Shown here one piece after another: positions 49,801 through 60,415 of a DNA stretch of 64,000 nucleotides (its first letter is position 1; each line of letters starts with the position of its first letter). The stretch is from positions 439 through 64,438 of the forward strand of contig CAVSIB010000055.1 in assembly GCA_963727835.1 (NCBI GenBank). The letters are read 5' to 3'. The notes under the pieces were generated by a model. That model was not told the origin of the DNA, made no database searches, and saw nothing but the letters and a program-made list of their open reading frames with translations. Source of the DNA: an uncultured delta proteobacterium. Its GTDB lineage: Bacteria; Desulfobacterota; WTBG01; JAGOGO01. A program made the position numbers and the translations under genes.

Positions 49801-51594
49801 ATGTCCGCAAAGAAATATCAGAAGTATCCTTTAGTGGATGTTGCCGAACCTAACCTTTACGAAGAGATTTTCCCTCATGACGAAGTCTGCCGGACCGAGT
49901 TTGATAACAAGATCATTCCCATCCAGCCGGCTAAAAAGATGTATATCACGGATACCACCTTTCGCGATGGTCAGCAGGCACGACCTCCTTTTCAGGTAAA
50001 ACATATCGTCAACCTTTTCGAGTTCCTCCACCGATTAGGAGGTCCAAATGGGATAATCCGGCAAACAGAGTTTTTTCTTTACAGCGACCGCGATAAAGAG
50101 GCAGTCCGCAAGTGTTTGGAAAAAGGTGTTGCGTATCCGGAAATCACCGGATGGATCCGGTCTAATATTGAAGACCTTAAATTAGTCAAGGAAATGGGCT
50201 TGAAAGAGACCGGCATACTCACATCAGTTTCCGATTACCACATCTTTTTAAAATTGAAACTCTCCCGAAAACAGGCCATGGGAAAATACCTGGAAATTGC
50301 CGCCGCCGCTTTAGATCAGGGCATCATTCCCCGGTGCCACTTTGAAGATGTGACGCGAGCAGATATCTATGGCTTTGTGGTTCCCTTTGCCGTTGAATTG
50401 ATGAAGCTGAGCGAAAAAAGCAAACTCCCGGTTAAGATTCGCCTCTGTGATACTCTCGGGTATGGTCTTACTTATCCAGAGGCGGCCTTGCCCCGCAGTG
50501 TTCCCAAACTCGTGCGTGCTTTGATCGATGATGCGGAAGTGCCCGGTAAATATCTTGAATGGCACGGACATAATGATTTTCACAAGGTGCTTATCAATGC
50601 TACCACCGCCTGGCTTTATGGATGTTACTACGCAAATGGGACGATCATTGGCTTTGGCGAGCGAACCGGAAATCCGCCGATCGAGGGTCTCGTCATGGAG
50701 TATATTTCCCTTCGCGGGGATAACGAGGGGATCAACACCCGCATTATCAGCGAGATCGCTACGTACGTGGAAAAGGAGCTGGAGATACACATACCTCCCA
50801 ATTATCCTTTTGTGGGTTCTGAGTTTAATTCCACCAGTGCGGGTATCCATGCTGACGGACACCTAAAAGATGTAAAGATCTATAATATCTTCAATACCGA
50901 AAAAATCTTAAACCGCCCTCCCCTGGTACAAATCACCGATAAATCCGGTCTGGCTGGTATCATCTTTTGGGTTAATGCCGAGCTACGGATGCGCGGTTTA
51001 GATCAACAAGTAGATAAGCTACATCCTGGAGTCGCAAAAATCCATAAATGGGTTATGCACCAATATGAAAAAGGAAGAATCACGTCCATATCCCGAAAAG
51101 AAATGGATGAGGCAGCCCGCAAATATCTTCCCGAACTTTTTATCTCTGAATATGAAAAACTTAAAACCCGGGCCTATGATATGGCGGCCCACCTTATTGA
51201 GCACCTCATTGGATCACCCCAGATCAGGTCAATGGATCCCACGAAGCAAGAGCCGGCGTTGGAAGAGTTGGTAGCTGAGAATCCCTTTATCCAGTTTGCC
51301 TATATCACCAATATCGAGGGCAAGAAAATCACGAAAAACATCACCCAGATTGTAGATCGCGCTAAGTATGCTCAGTTTGGCCTTCATGAGGATTTTTCCA
51401 ACCGCGATTGGTTTATCGGGCCGCTCCAGGACGGAAAAACCCACGTTACGGATATCCGTTCCTCAATGATCACCGGAAAGCTGATTATTACGGTTTCCGC
51501 CCCCATCCGTGACACGCAAGAAAATATCGCGGGTATCCTTGGGGTAGACATCCGCTTTGAAGACTTGGCAAAACTGGAGGAAGAAGAAGAGTAA
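49801..51594 (+). CDS. Re-citrate-synthase-like DRE-TIM metalloenzyme with a C-terminal PDC/Cache-like domain
   Basis: ITDTTFRDGQQAR, RQTEFFLY, RCHFEDVTRAD, EWHGHNDF, GERTGN and AGIHADG motifs; N-terminal VAEPNLYEEIFP as recalled for Re-citrate synthases. Tail FSNRDWF...SMITGKLIITVSAPI...GILGVDI. Confidence 0.78.
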   Translation: MSAKKYQKYPLVDVAEPNLYEEIFPHDEVCRTEFDNKIIPIQPAKKMYITDTTFRDGQQARPPFQVKHIVNLFEFLHRLGGPNGIIRQTEFFLYSDRDKEAVRKCLEKGVAYPEITGWIRSNIEDLKLVKEMGLKETGILTSVSDYHIFLKLKLSRKQAMGKYLEIAAAALDQGIIPRCHFEDVTRADIYGFVVPFAVELMKLSEKSKLPVKIRLCDTLGYGLTYPEAALPRSVPKLVRALIDDAEVPGKYLEWHGHNDFHKVLINATTAWLYGCYYANGTIIGFGERTGNPPIEGLVMEYISLRGDNEGINTRIISEIATYVEKELEIHIPPNYPFVGSEFNSTSAGIHADGHLKDVKIYNIFNTEKILNRPPLVQITDKSGLAGIIFWVNAELRMRGLDQQVDKLHPGVAKIHKWVMHQYEKGRITSISRKEMDEAARKYLPELFISEYEKLKTRAYDMAAHLIEHLIGSPQIRSMDPTKQEPALEELVAENPFIQFAYITNIEGKKITKNITQIVDRAKYAQFGLHEDFSNRDWFIGPLQDGKTHVTDIRSSMITGKLIITVSAPIRDTQENIAGILGVDIRFEDLAKLEEEEE

Positions 51595-52853
51595 TGGCCG
51601 GCAAAACTTTGGTAGAAAAGATTTTCGAAGCACATGTCGGAAAACCAGTCACACCCGGTGAAATCGTGGTGGTTAATGTTGACCTCTGTCTTATGCAGGA
51701 TGGAACTGGTCCTTTAACCGTCCGGCAGTTGATGAAATTAGACAATGCGCACGTGGTCAATCCCAAACAGACCGTAATCTTTCTCGATCATGCCGCCCCC
51801 AGCCCTCGTCGGGAACTTTCCAATGATCATATGTTCTTAAGAGATTTTGCTTCTCAGACGGGTATTCTGATCGCCGAAGTTGGTGAAGGGATCTGCCACC
51901 AAATTATCAACGAGGGCTTCACCCGGCCAGGAGACATCTTGGTAGGGGCTGATTCGCATACCTGTACCGGAGGAGCGTTAGGCGCCTTTGCCACCGGCAT
52001 GGGGTCAACGGATGTTGCCATGGCGATCGGCACCGGCAAAACCTGGTTTCGAGTACCCGAAGTCTATAAGGTTATTCTGAGCGGCAATCTTCCCCAAGGA
52101 GTTTTTGCCAAAGACATTATTCTCTTTCTTATTGGCCAGATCGGGGCCGAAGGAGCCAACTATAAAGCTTTGGAGTTTTCCGGGGAAACGGTCTCCCTTT
52201 TGGGTGTAGAGGAGCGCCTGACCATCGCCAATATGGCGGTAGAAGCAGGCGCCAAATGCGGCATCTTTCCCTCTGACAATCGCACGGAAGAGTTTTTAGT
52301 AAAACAAGGCAGAAAAGAGGATTTCCGCAAAATGGAAGCGGATGGAGATGCGCACTACGAAAAAACTATTTCTCTTGACGTCGCTAACTTAGAACCAATG
52401 GTCGCTTCACCTCATGCGGTAGATAATGCTCATCCGGTTTCTCAGGTGGTAGGCGAAAAAATACATCAAGTCCTCATCGGAACCTGTACCAACGGCAACC
52501 TCTCCGACATAGCAATTGCGGCGAAAATTCTCCGAGGGAAAAAATGTCACTCGAAAGTTAGACTCATTTTTTCCCCTGCATCGCGGCAAGTCTATCTTAA
52601 GGCACTCAACGCAGGGTACCTTAAGACTATTGTTGAATCCGGGGGGGTGGTCATGAACCCCGGGTGCGGACCTTGTGTGGGAGTCCATTTAGGAGTACTG
52701 GGAGATGGTGAGGCGTGTCTTTCCACCCAAAACCGAAATTTTAAAGGGCGAATGGGAAATCCTGATGGGTTAATTTTTCTTTCCTCTCCTGCGACCGCAG
52801 CCGCAACTGCCCTGAGGGGTGAAATCTCTGATCCCCGCGAATACTTTGTCTGA
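51594..52853 (+). CDS. leuC: 3-isopropylmalate dehydratase/homoaconitase-family large subunit
   Basis: GICHQ, GADSHT, GTCTNG and PGCGPC.G (three 4Fe-4S Cys) and STQNRNFKGRMG motifs. TAATG overlap with the upstream gene. Confidence 0.85.
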   Translation: MAGKTLVEKIFEAHVGKPVTPGEIVVVNVDLCLMQDGTGPLTVRQLMKLDNAHVVNPKQTVIFLDHAAPSPRRELSNDHMFLRDFASQTGILIAEVGEGICHQIINEGFTRPGDILVGADSHTCTGGALGAFATGMGSTDVAMAIGTGKTWFRVPEVYKVILSGNLPQGVFAKDIILFLIGQIGAEGANYKALEFSGETVSLLGVEERLTIANMAVEAGAKCGIFPSDNRTEEFLVKQGRKEDFRKMEADGDAHYEKTISLDVANLEPMVASPHAVDNAHPVSQVVGEKIHQVLIGTCTNGNLSDIAIAAKILRGKKCHSKVRLIFSPASRQVYLKALNAGYLKTIVESGGVVMNPGCGPCVGVHLGVLGDGEACLSTQNRNFKGRMGNPDGLIFLSSPATAAATALRGEISDPREYFV

Positions 52854-53047
52854 TCAGGAAATTACATATTGGCTAAAAAAACAAAGAACGCAACCGAAAG
52901 TGTGTCTTTTTTACAACACTACATCGCATTTTTACCATACTTTTCTTTTATAAAGATCTTTATCCCATCAGCCAAACCGACTTTTCTTTTTTAATAAATT
53001 ATATAATATTTAATAGTTATTTATTAATTTGCTCAGTTTCCTGATAT

Positions 53048-53063
53048 AGGCACATTAATTGCT
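53048..53063 (+). promoter_or_regulatory. sigma54 (-24/-12) promoter upstream of lpxC
   Basis: AGGCACATTAATTGCT: GG(53049-50)-N10-GC(53061-62), matching GGCAC and TTGCT, 37 bp before the ATG. Confidence 0.65.
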
Positions 53064-53099
53064 TAGTTTCCTGTAAAGTAAAGGAGAAACAGGAGGATT

Positions 53100-54023
53100 A
53101 TGCCATACCAACGGACTATAAAACATGAAATAACTTTAAGCGGTATTGGTCTCCATATCGGGAAAAAGGTAAACCTTACCCTTAAACCAGCTCCGCCTAA
53201 TACGGGTATTATTTTTCGCCGCATCGATGTTCCTTATGCCGAACCTACTCGGGCAATTATTGCTAATGTTACGGATGGCAAATTAGCCACAACCGTAGGT
53301 AATAACGGAACCGGGGTTAACACGGTCGAGCACCTTTTGGCTGCTTTGGCGGGCCTTGGTATTGACAATGTGCTCATCGAACTTGACGCTCCAGAAATCC
53401 CCATTTTGGATGGAAGCGCCGGTCCTTTTGTAAATCTTCTCCGCACTGCCCGGCTTAAGTATCAAAATGTGCCCAAAAAGTTTGTCGTTATTAAAGAGCC
53501 GATCATGATACAGTGCGAAGATAAATATATTGAGGCCTATCCTGCTGACCGCCTTATCCTCGATTGCACCATCGATTTTGACCATCCCGTGATCGAAAAA
53601 CAATCGTTAGAATGGGAATTTGGTTATAGAAGTTTTGTAAAGGAAATCTGTACGGCCCGGACTTTTTGTTTTCGACAAGATATCGAGGCTCTTTTGGCAA
53701 ATGGTTTTGCGAAAGGGGGATCCTTAGATAATGCCGTGGTCGTGGATAAAGACGGGGTCATGAACAAAGGAGGACTTAGGTTTCCTAATGAGTTTGTTCG
53801 CCATAAAGTTCTTGATCTTTTAGGCGACCTTTCTTTGCTGGGTCACCCTATTATCGGTCATATTAAAGCCTATAAAGCCGGTCACCTTCTCAACCATCAG
53901 TTTCTCCGCAAACTTTTGAGCCATCATGAAAAATGGGAGTTAACTAAAATCATTCCCATCAATAACACCTTTATTTTTCAAAAGGCTTATTCCTCTCCCT
54001 TTATTCCTAACTATCCTGCCTAA
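53100..54023 (+). CDS. lpxC: UDP-3-O-acyl-N-acetylglucosamine deacetylase
   Basis: QRTIK...GIGLH.G, TVEHLLAAL, E.PILDGSA, ARTF and HKVLDLLGDL motifs. Confidence 0.96.
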   Translation: MPYQRTIKHEITLSGIGLHIGKKVNLTLKPAPPNTGIIFRRIDVPYAEPTRAIIANVTDGKLATTVGNNGTGVNTVEHLLAALAGLGIDNVLIELDAPEIPILDGSAGPFVNLLRTARLKYQNVPKKFVVIKEPIMIQCEDKYIEAYPADRLILDCTIDFDHPVIEKQSLEWEFGYRSFVKEICTARTFCFRQDIEALLANGFAKGGSLDNAVVVDKDGVMNKGGLRFPNEFVRHKVLDLLGDLSLLGHPIIGHIKAYKAGHLLNHQFLRKLLSHHEKWELTKIIPINNTFIFQKAYSSPFIPNYPA

Positions 54024-54100
54024 TTGCTTCAGGGTTACCATTCCTTTATAATACCCACAGGGTTCCAAAAGTTCGACGTGCATCCCCCCAACCAAAATAT

Positions 54101-54129
54101 CTTGCCCTTTTATTAAAATTTCGATATTT
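54101..54129 (+). promoter_or_regulatory. Putative sigma70 promoter of DUF4390-ntrYX
   Basis: TTGCCC-N17-TATTTT. Confidence 0.4.
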
Positions 54130-54186
54130 TATAAAAGATATGCCACGGTTGGCAAATTCATATGTATTGGTTTGGACTATTGCCTT

Positions 54187-54756
54187 ATGAAATTATGTAT
54201 AATTTTCTGGATAGTTTTTATTTCTCTTCTCTTTTCCTCTGCCTCAAAGGCTGAAAGCCCAACCATACAAAATATCCGGATTTCAAATTCTCCTACTCAC
54301 CTTAATCTCCGATTTCACTTAGCCAACAGCTTTAGTCCAAAAATAGAAGAAGCAATAAATAACGGAATCCCCACAACCTTCACCTATTCCGTAATGCTCT
54401 ATCAAGAACGCTCCTTCTGGCATGATAAATTTCTCGCGGCAAGCACCCTCGTAAAAACAATCAAATTTGATAATCTAAAAAATGAATACACCATTGTTAC
54501 CGCTATAAAAGAGAATGAAAATAGCTCATCAAGTTTAGTTGTCCCAACTCTTGAAGAAGCAAAAAAAAATATGAGTAAGGTAGAAATCCTTTCTGTTTAT
54601 CCCATCTGGAAATTAGAAAGAAATAATACCTATTACTTTGAAATAAAAGCTGCGTCCGAAGGAGTAAAGCCACCTCCCTATATCCATTACTTCCTCTTTT
54701 TCCTTGATTGGAACTATTTTGATACCGATTGGGCAATAGAAAATTTCAGATATTAA
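54187..54756 (+). CDS. DUF4390-like exported protein
   Basis: Signal peptide; EEAINNGIPTTFTY..LY..R.FW.D motif; position directly upstream of ntrY, the usual context for this family. Confidence 0.75.
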   Translation: MKLCIIFWIVFISLLFSSASKAESPTIQNIRISNSPTHLNLRFHLANSFSPKIEEAINNGIPTTFTYSVMLYQERSFWHDKFLAASTLVKTIKFDNLKNEYTIVTAIKENENSSSSLVVPTLEEAKKNMSKVEILSVYPIWKLERNNTYYFEIKAASEGVKPPPYIHYFLFFLDWNYFDTDWAIENFRY

Positions 54757-54787
54757 ATTTTTTTTAGGAGTACTCTATTTTTTAGAG

Positions 54788-57088
54788 GTGATTTTGGGCT
54801 TCAAAACAAAAATAAAAAAAATGGTTGAGTTTTTTAAAATTCTAAAAACCGATAGCGGAAAGACCAACATTGACCAGCAAGAAAGGCTTCGGCGCCGTCG
54901 GGAACGGCTCATTATTCTTATCACTGCCGTTCTTATAGCCGGTCTTACGATTCTTGAATCTTATTTTTCCCGAACGTCAGGCAAACTTCCACTTTCCAGC
55001 AACATCCTTGTATATTTTATCCTTAATCTTAATATTATTCTTCTTGTCCTTTTGATCTTTTTAGTTATCCGTAATGTGGTAAAGCTCATTTTTGAACGGC
55101 GCCATGGAATCCTGGGGTCGAAAATTAGAACCAAATTAGTAGCTTCCTTTATCGGGCTCACCATTGTTCCCACCTTACTTCTTTTCTGGACGTCCGCTGG
55201 TTTCATTACCACTACCCTTGATAACATGATTAGTTTCCAGGTAGATCAATCGTTGGTGGAATCTTTAGAGGTTGCGCAGAAGTATTATCAAAATTTAAAA
55301 GACAGTTCTCTTTTTTCGCTCACCAGCTCAGTACTACTATAAGTGAACAGGGTCTTTTATCCCCCAGCGAAAAAGCTCAACTGCAAAAATTTATCGAAAA
55401 AAAATCACAAGAATATAATGTGGGGGCAATTGAAATCTTATCTCCATCGCGGCCTTTTCAAAAAAGTTTAGCTCTTGCCTCTAATCTCGTCCATAGAAGA
55501 TAAAGTTAATTATAAAATTAATCGTGAATTAATTAAGGAAGGCATTCTCACCAAGGATATTGCTAAAATCCAATCTCTTCATAAGGGAGAATTGATCCGA
55601 GGAATTTCCCCGATTTTCTCAAACAACGTACCCGCACAGATAGATGGTTTTATAGTAGTAAGCTACTATATCCCAAACAGTTTGGTGAAAAAGATGACCA
55701 AAATTTCTGACCGTTTTACTGATTATAAACGGCTCAAATCCACGCAACCTCCGATAAAACCAACGTATATTATCCTTTTATCCAGCATCACGTTGCTGTT
55801 GTTTTTTTCCGCCATTATGTTTGGATTCCACTTGGCAAAAACCATAACCGGACCCATTAAAGACTTGGCAGAAGGGACAATGGAAGTCGCTAAAGGAAAT
55901 TTAGATGTCCGGATCGCGATCAATAAAGCTGACGATGAAATTGGCTCGCTAGTGGAGTCGTTTAACAAGATGACCCAGGACTTAAAGACCGGCAAATCCC
56001 AATTAGAACTGGCTAATAAGGATTTGCAGGAAACAAACATCGAATTTGACAAGCGGCGCGCGTATATGGAGATTGTCCTAAAAAATGTCGCCGCCGGAGT
56101 TATTTCGGTCGACCAGGACGGCTTCATAACCACCATTAATAAGTCGGTGGGAAAAATTCTGGGCCTGGAAGTTGAGCCATACTTAAACAAAAATTATCAT
56201 GAAATCCTTCCTCCTCACTATCTCCGGCAGGTTGATGACCTCATTCAAGAGGTTGACCGGTCCAGCAGTTTGACGTTTGAAAAAGAAATTAAACTCACCC
56301 TCCCCACAAAGGTTATTGACCTTTCAACGTTTATCACGCCGCTCAAAGATGAAAGGGGCAATTACCTTGGCTTAGTAATCGTCATAGAAGATGTCACGGA
56401 ACTCCAAAAGGGACAACGCATCGCTGCGTGGAGAGAGGTGGCACGGAGGATTGCCCATGAAATAAAAAATCCTTTAACCCCCATTCAACTTTCAGCCCAG
56501 CGGTTACGCCGCCGGTATAAGGATAAATTTTTGGAGGACGGACAAATTTTTGACGAATGCACTCATACGATTATCGGTCAGGTTGAACTTTTGAAAAATA
56601 TGGTTAACGAATTTTCTCATTTTGCCCGCATGCCGGCAACCAACCCATCCCCCAATTACCTACCGCAAATCATTAATGAGACGTTACCTATTTTTCGTGA
56701 AGCGCACAAAAACATTACCTTTACTTTTGACGAGTCGGAAGCGCCTCCACTGATGAATTTTGACTCCAGCCAAATCAAACGGGCGCTTATCAACATCCTG
56801 GAAAATGCTGTTGAGGCAATTGAAAAAGAAGGTGAAGTAACCCTTAAAACGTTCCATGACAAAAAATTAAAAATTGCGGGCGTAGAAATTGCTGATAATG
56901 GATGCGGTATTCCTCCGGAAGAAAAGTCTCGGCTTTTTGAACCCTATTTTTCAACCAAAAAATTAGGAACCGGTCTCGGGCTTGCTATCGTTGATTCTAT
57001 TATCTCTGACCACCAGGGACATATTCGGGTAAAAGATAATTATCCTAACGGCACGATATTCCGGATCGCATTGCCAACAAAAATTTAA
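54788..57088 (+). CDS. ntrY: NtrY-like HAMP/PAS sensor histidine kinase, two frameshifts (about 55316 and 55470)
   Basis: GSKIRTKLV.SF, HAMP (DEIGSLVESFNKM), PAS, AWREVARRIAHEIKNPLTPIQLSA, DNGCGI and GTGLGL motifs. Confidence 0.88.
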
Positions 57089-57110
57089 CGCTAGGGGAAG
57101 GTGGTTTTCG

Positions 57111-58472
57111 GTGAAAAAAAATATCCTCGTCGTTGATGATGAATCAAGTATCCGGGAATCATTAAGTGGTATTTTACGGGATGAAGGATACGAGGTCTCG
57201 GTTGCCACTGATGGCGTTACGGCCCTCAAAAGGGTGGAGGAAGACCCTCCTGACCTTATTTTTCTCGATATCGTCATGCCGGGAATTGACGGGTTAGAAA
57301 CGTTGCAGAAATTAAAAGAAAGGTTTCCTGAGATCTATGTCATTATTATCTCAGCCTATGGAACAATCGAGACTGCGGTTAAAGCACTCAAATACGGTGC
57401 TTTTGACTTTATTGAAAAACCTCTTTCATTGGATAAGGTTGTCCTAACGGTAAAACATGCCTTCGACTTTCTCAAACTTAATCAAGAAAACTGGCTTCTT
57501 CGAGAAAAAATCTTCCCCACCTTTCGCATCGATGGTATAAGCCCTTCCATTACAAAATTAAAAGAGGATATTGAACGCGCTGCGCCAACGAACGCTTCCA
57601 TCTTAATCACCGGGGAAAACGGAAGCGGAAAGGAACTGGCTGCCCGGCTCATTCATCAAAAAAGCCGTCGTTCCACTAAGTCGTTGGTGGAGGTTAATTG
57701 CGCAGCAATCCCGGAAGAACTCATTGAAAGCGAGCTGTTCGGTTATGAAAAGGGAGCCTTTACGGGCGCTTCTTCTCGGAAGCTCGGAAAATTTGATCTT
57801 GCCCATGACGGTACTCTGTTTCTGGATGAAATCGGAGATATGAGCTTAAAAACTCAGGCAAAGATTTTACGAATCCTGGAGGAACAGAAGTTTGAGCGGG
57901 TCGGAGGTTCAAAAACAATTGAGGTTGATGTGCGACTTATTGCGGCAACCAACAAAGACCTCCTGGAAGAAATTAAAAAAGGGAACTTCCGAGAAGACCT
58001 CTATTTCCGCATCAATGTCATCCCGTTAAACGTTCCCCCGCTTCGGGATCGCAAAGAAGATATCTCCGTGCTGGCCAATGCGTTTCTCAATCGCTTTGCC
58101 AAGGAACAAAACATAGAAGAAAAAAGGATTGGTCCTGAAGCGATGGATATTTTAATAAACTATACTTGGCCGGGAAATGTTCGAGAACTAAAAAACATTA
58201 TTGAACGCCTGGTAATAATGACCAAGGAAGTAGTTATCAAACCTGACGATATTATTCAGAGTCTCAAGGGGGTTTCCTCGTCGAACGATTTTACTAATCT
58301 CTTTAATCTCGACTTGAAAGAAGCCAAGGATGCCTTTGAACAGCACTATATCGCCTACAAGCTTTCCCAATGCGGAGATAACATCTCTAAAACTGCCGAG
58401 ACAATTGGCATTGAGCGGAGTCATCTCCACCGAAAAATTAAGAGTCTCAAGATAAAGTTTAAAAAAGACTAA
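57111..58472 (+). CDS. ntrX: NtrX-like sigma54-dependent response regulator
   Basis: Receiver domain; [23 protein letters not shown] (intact GAFTGA) and WPGNVREL motifs; Fis-type HTH. Confidence 0.92.
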   Translation: MKKNILVVDDESSIRESLSGILRDEGYEVSVATDGVTALKRVEEDPPDLIFLDIVMPGIDGLETLQKLKERFPEIYVIIISAYGTIETAVKALKYGAFDFIEKPLSLDKVVLTVKHAFDFLKLNQENWLLREKIFPTFRIDGISPSITKLKEDIERAAPTNASILITGENGSGKELAARLIHQKSRRSTKSLVEVNCAAIPEELIESELFGYEKGAFTGASSRKLGKFDLAHDGTLFLDEIGDMSLKTQAKILRILEEQKFERVGGSKTIEVDVRLIAATNKDLLEEIKKGNFREDLYFRINVIPLNVPPLRDRKEDISVLANAFLNRFAKEQNIEEKRIGPEAMDILINYTWPGNVRELKNIIERLVIMTKEVVIKPDDIIQSLKGVSSSNDFTNLFNLDLKEAKDAFEQHYIAYKLSQCGDNISKTAETIGIERSHLHRKIKSLKIKFKKD

Positions 58473-58663
58473 AAAAAATTAGCGCTCCTTTCCCAAAAGG
58501 AAATGTAATGCTTTTCTTATTTTTTGACATTGAAACCTAATCGACAAGATATCTATGACACATTACCGAAATAATTGCCCTGCACCTATCACAATTGTTT
58601 TCCGGTCCCAGCTAATTTTTGCCTTTAACGTTTTTTGCTTTTTTTGTTCTATCTTTTTTAGAT

Positions 58664-59377
58664 ATGGCTTTTAATTTTTTCACGCCCGAAACTTTATTCG
58701 ACAATCATTATCGTCCTATCCTTGATCTGGTAGCGGGACATTCCCCTTTCCCTCGCGCCCAAAGCGATCTTTTCTCGAAAGCTTCCAAGACAAGGGCAGC
58801 ACGCATTCATCTCGAAGAAACCGTTTTTTTTGGCCAAGTTGTTTTTAACGATTTGGAACCCAAAAAAACAGTTGAAGTTTGTGCAGGTTTCGGCATCCCC
58901 AGCATAACCCTTAAAAAACTTTTTGGAGTTACGAGTAGTTGTGTTGATAAAGATTCCGGCAAAATGGCGGTTGGGGCACTCATCAGTCAAAAACTCGGTA
59001 TCGATTTAATCTGGGAACATCGAGACCTTTTCGTATATTTAAGACACCATGCTCAAGAACTCAAGGGTGCTACCTTGTTAGCCACTGCCGCTTATTGCCA
59101 GGATAAAAAAAAGGGAAGACCAAAAGGATCTGGGGAAAAAGATCTTGTTCTTTTCGCTCAAAAAAACCAGATGGATATTGCCCTCCTGCCTTACCGTACC
59201 GGGGATATTATTTCTACCGGCTTTTCAAGTGAAAAAAAACGAGTTGAAGAGTACGAGAAAATTTTAACTAATGCGGGATATAAAGTAAAAAAACATTCTA
59301 CCGAACTACTTTTTCGGGGTCAAGGCGCGCCGGATTGGTTTTTTATCGATATGCTTACCGCTAAATTTATCTCTTAA
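58664..59377 (+). CDS. Hypothetical protein with a possible class I SAM-methyltransferase fold
   Basis: VEVCAGFGIPSITL resembles motif I, followed by CVDKD (acidic motif II). Confidence 0.5.
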   Translation: MAFNFFTPETLFDNHYRPILDLVAGHSPFPRAQSDLFSKASKTRAARIHLEETVFFGQVVFNDLEPKKTVEVCAGFGIPSITLKKLFGVTSSCVDKDSGKMAVGALISQKLGIDLIWEHRDLFVYLRHHAQELKGATLLATAAYCQDKKKGRPKGSGEKDLVLFAQKNQMDIALLPYRTGDIISTGFSSEKKRVEEYEKILTNAGYKVKKHSTELLFRGQGAPDWFFIDMLTAKFIS

Positions 59378-59443
59378 AAAAAGATTATCTTTTTTTGAAA
59401 CAACCAGGTTAAAAAAATATCAGAATTCATCTCAAGATGAAGA

Positions 59444-60309
59444 GTGAATTCCTTAGCTGGTGAAGTGCAGAAAGTCTTGGAGATTGCAAGGCTTCATCCG
59501 GAGCTATCCCCGAGGCTGCTGGCGGTGAAGATCACGGACGAGGAAGATTTCTCGGTATCGGAATCCACGGTATATCGTATCCTGAAAGGCAACGGCCTTA
59601 TCTATCCGAGGCCTCTTATGGAGATGCCGGCCCAGAAGCAATGGAGGCATAAGACCACGAGACCTGATGAACTGTGGCAGTGTGATGCAACGAACCTCTT
59701 TGTTGTTGGCTGGGGCTACTACAAGCTTATTGCCGTGGAAGACGACTTCTCCCGGAAGATTATCGCCCACGATGTGAGGCCTGACGAGAGCGCCTTTTCC
59801 TTATCCGATATCCTGGAGATGGGGCTGGAGAATGCCCGAAAGGAAGGACATTTAACCGAAAATGATTCTATGCCGAAGCTCTACTCGGATAACGGCTCCG
59901 GCTTCACTTCGAGATTTCTCGCAGAGTATCTGTGCCAGCACGGTATAAAACACATTTTTGGCACACCCTACCATCCTCAGGGAAGGGGTAAGATTGAGCG
60001 GTTTAACAGGAGGATCAAGGAGAAGCTGTGCCTGGTCGTCTATTGTTCTCCCGATGAGCTGAAAAAAGCCGTGGATCAGGCCATTGCCACGTACAACAGC
60101 ACCCCCACGAGTCGCTCGATAATGTATCCCCCAAAGATGTGTATGCGGGGAGAAAGGAGGCAATCTTACAACAAAGAAAAGAGAAAAAACAATTGACCTT
60201 GGAACGCAGAAAGAAATACAATCTTAACACGAAAAACGAAGACCCGGACCACCATGAAGTCGCAAACTCAGATTAGAAAAATTTGTCCAATTGAGGCTGA
60301 AGACATACA
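59444..60309 (+). mobile_element. IS481-family remnant (5'-truncated integrase-core transposase plus right end)
   Basis: PELSPR.LA...SESTVYRILK, WQCDAT, DDFSRKI, SDNGSGF and YHPQGRGKIERFN motifs; frameshift near 60105; right end ...TGTCCAATTGAGGCTGAAGACATACA ending in ACA at 60309. Confidence 0.88.
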
Positions 60310-60365
60310 AAATCCCTATTTTTTTTATCCTATTGTTTTTGTTAAAAAATTTTAAAAATTATTTT

Positions 60366-60381
60366 TGGTATGGTAATTGAT
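60366..60381 (+). promoter_or_regulatory. sigma54-like promoter upstream of pilA (-12 GA variant)
   Basis: TGGTATGGTAATTGAT: GG-N10-GA, 35 bp before the ATG. Confidence 0.45.
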
Positions 60382-60415
60382 TAATTTAATTTTCTCGATA
60401 AAGGGGGTGAGAAAA

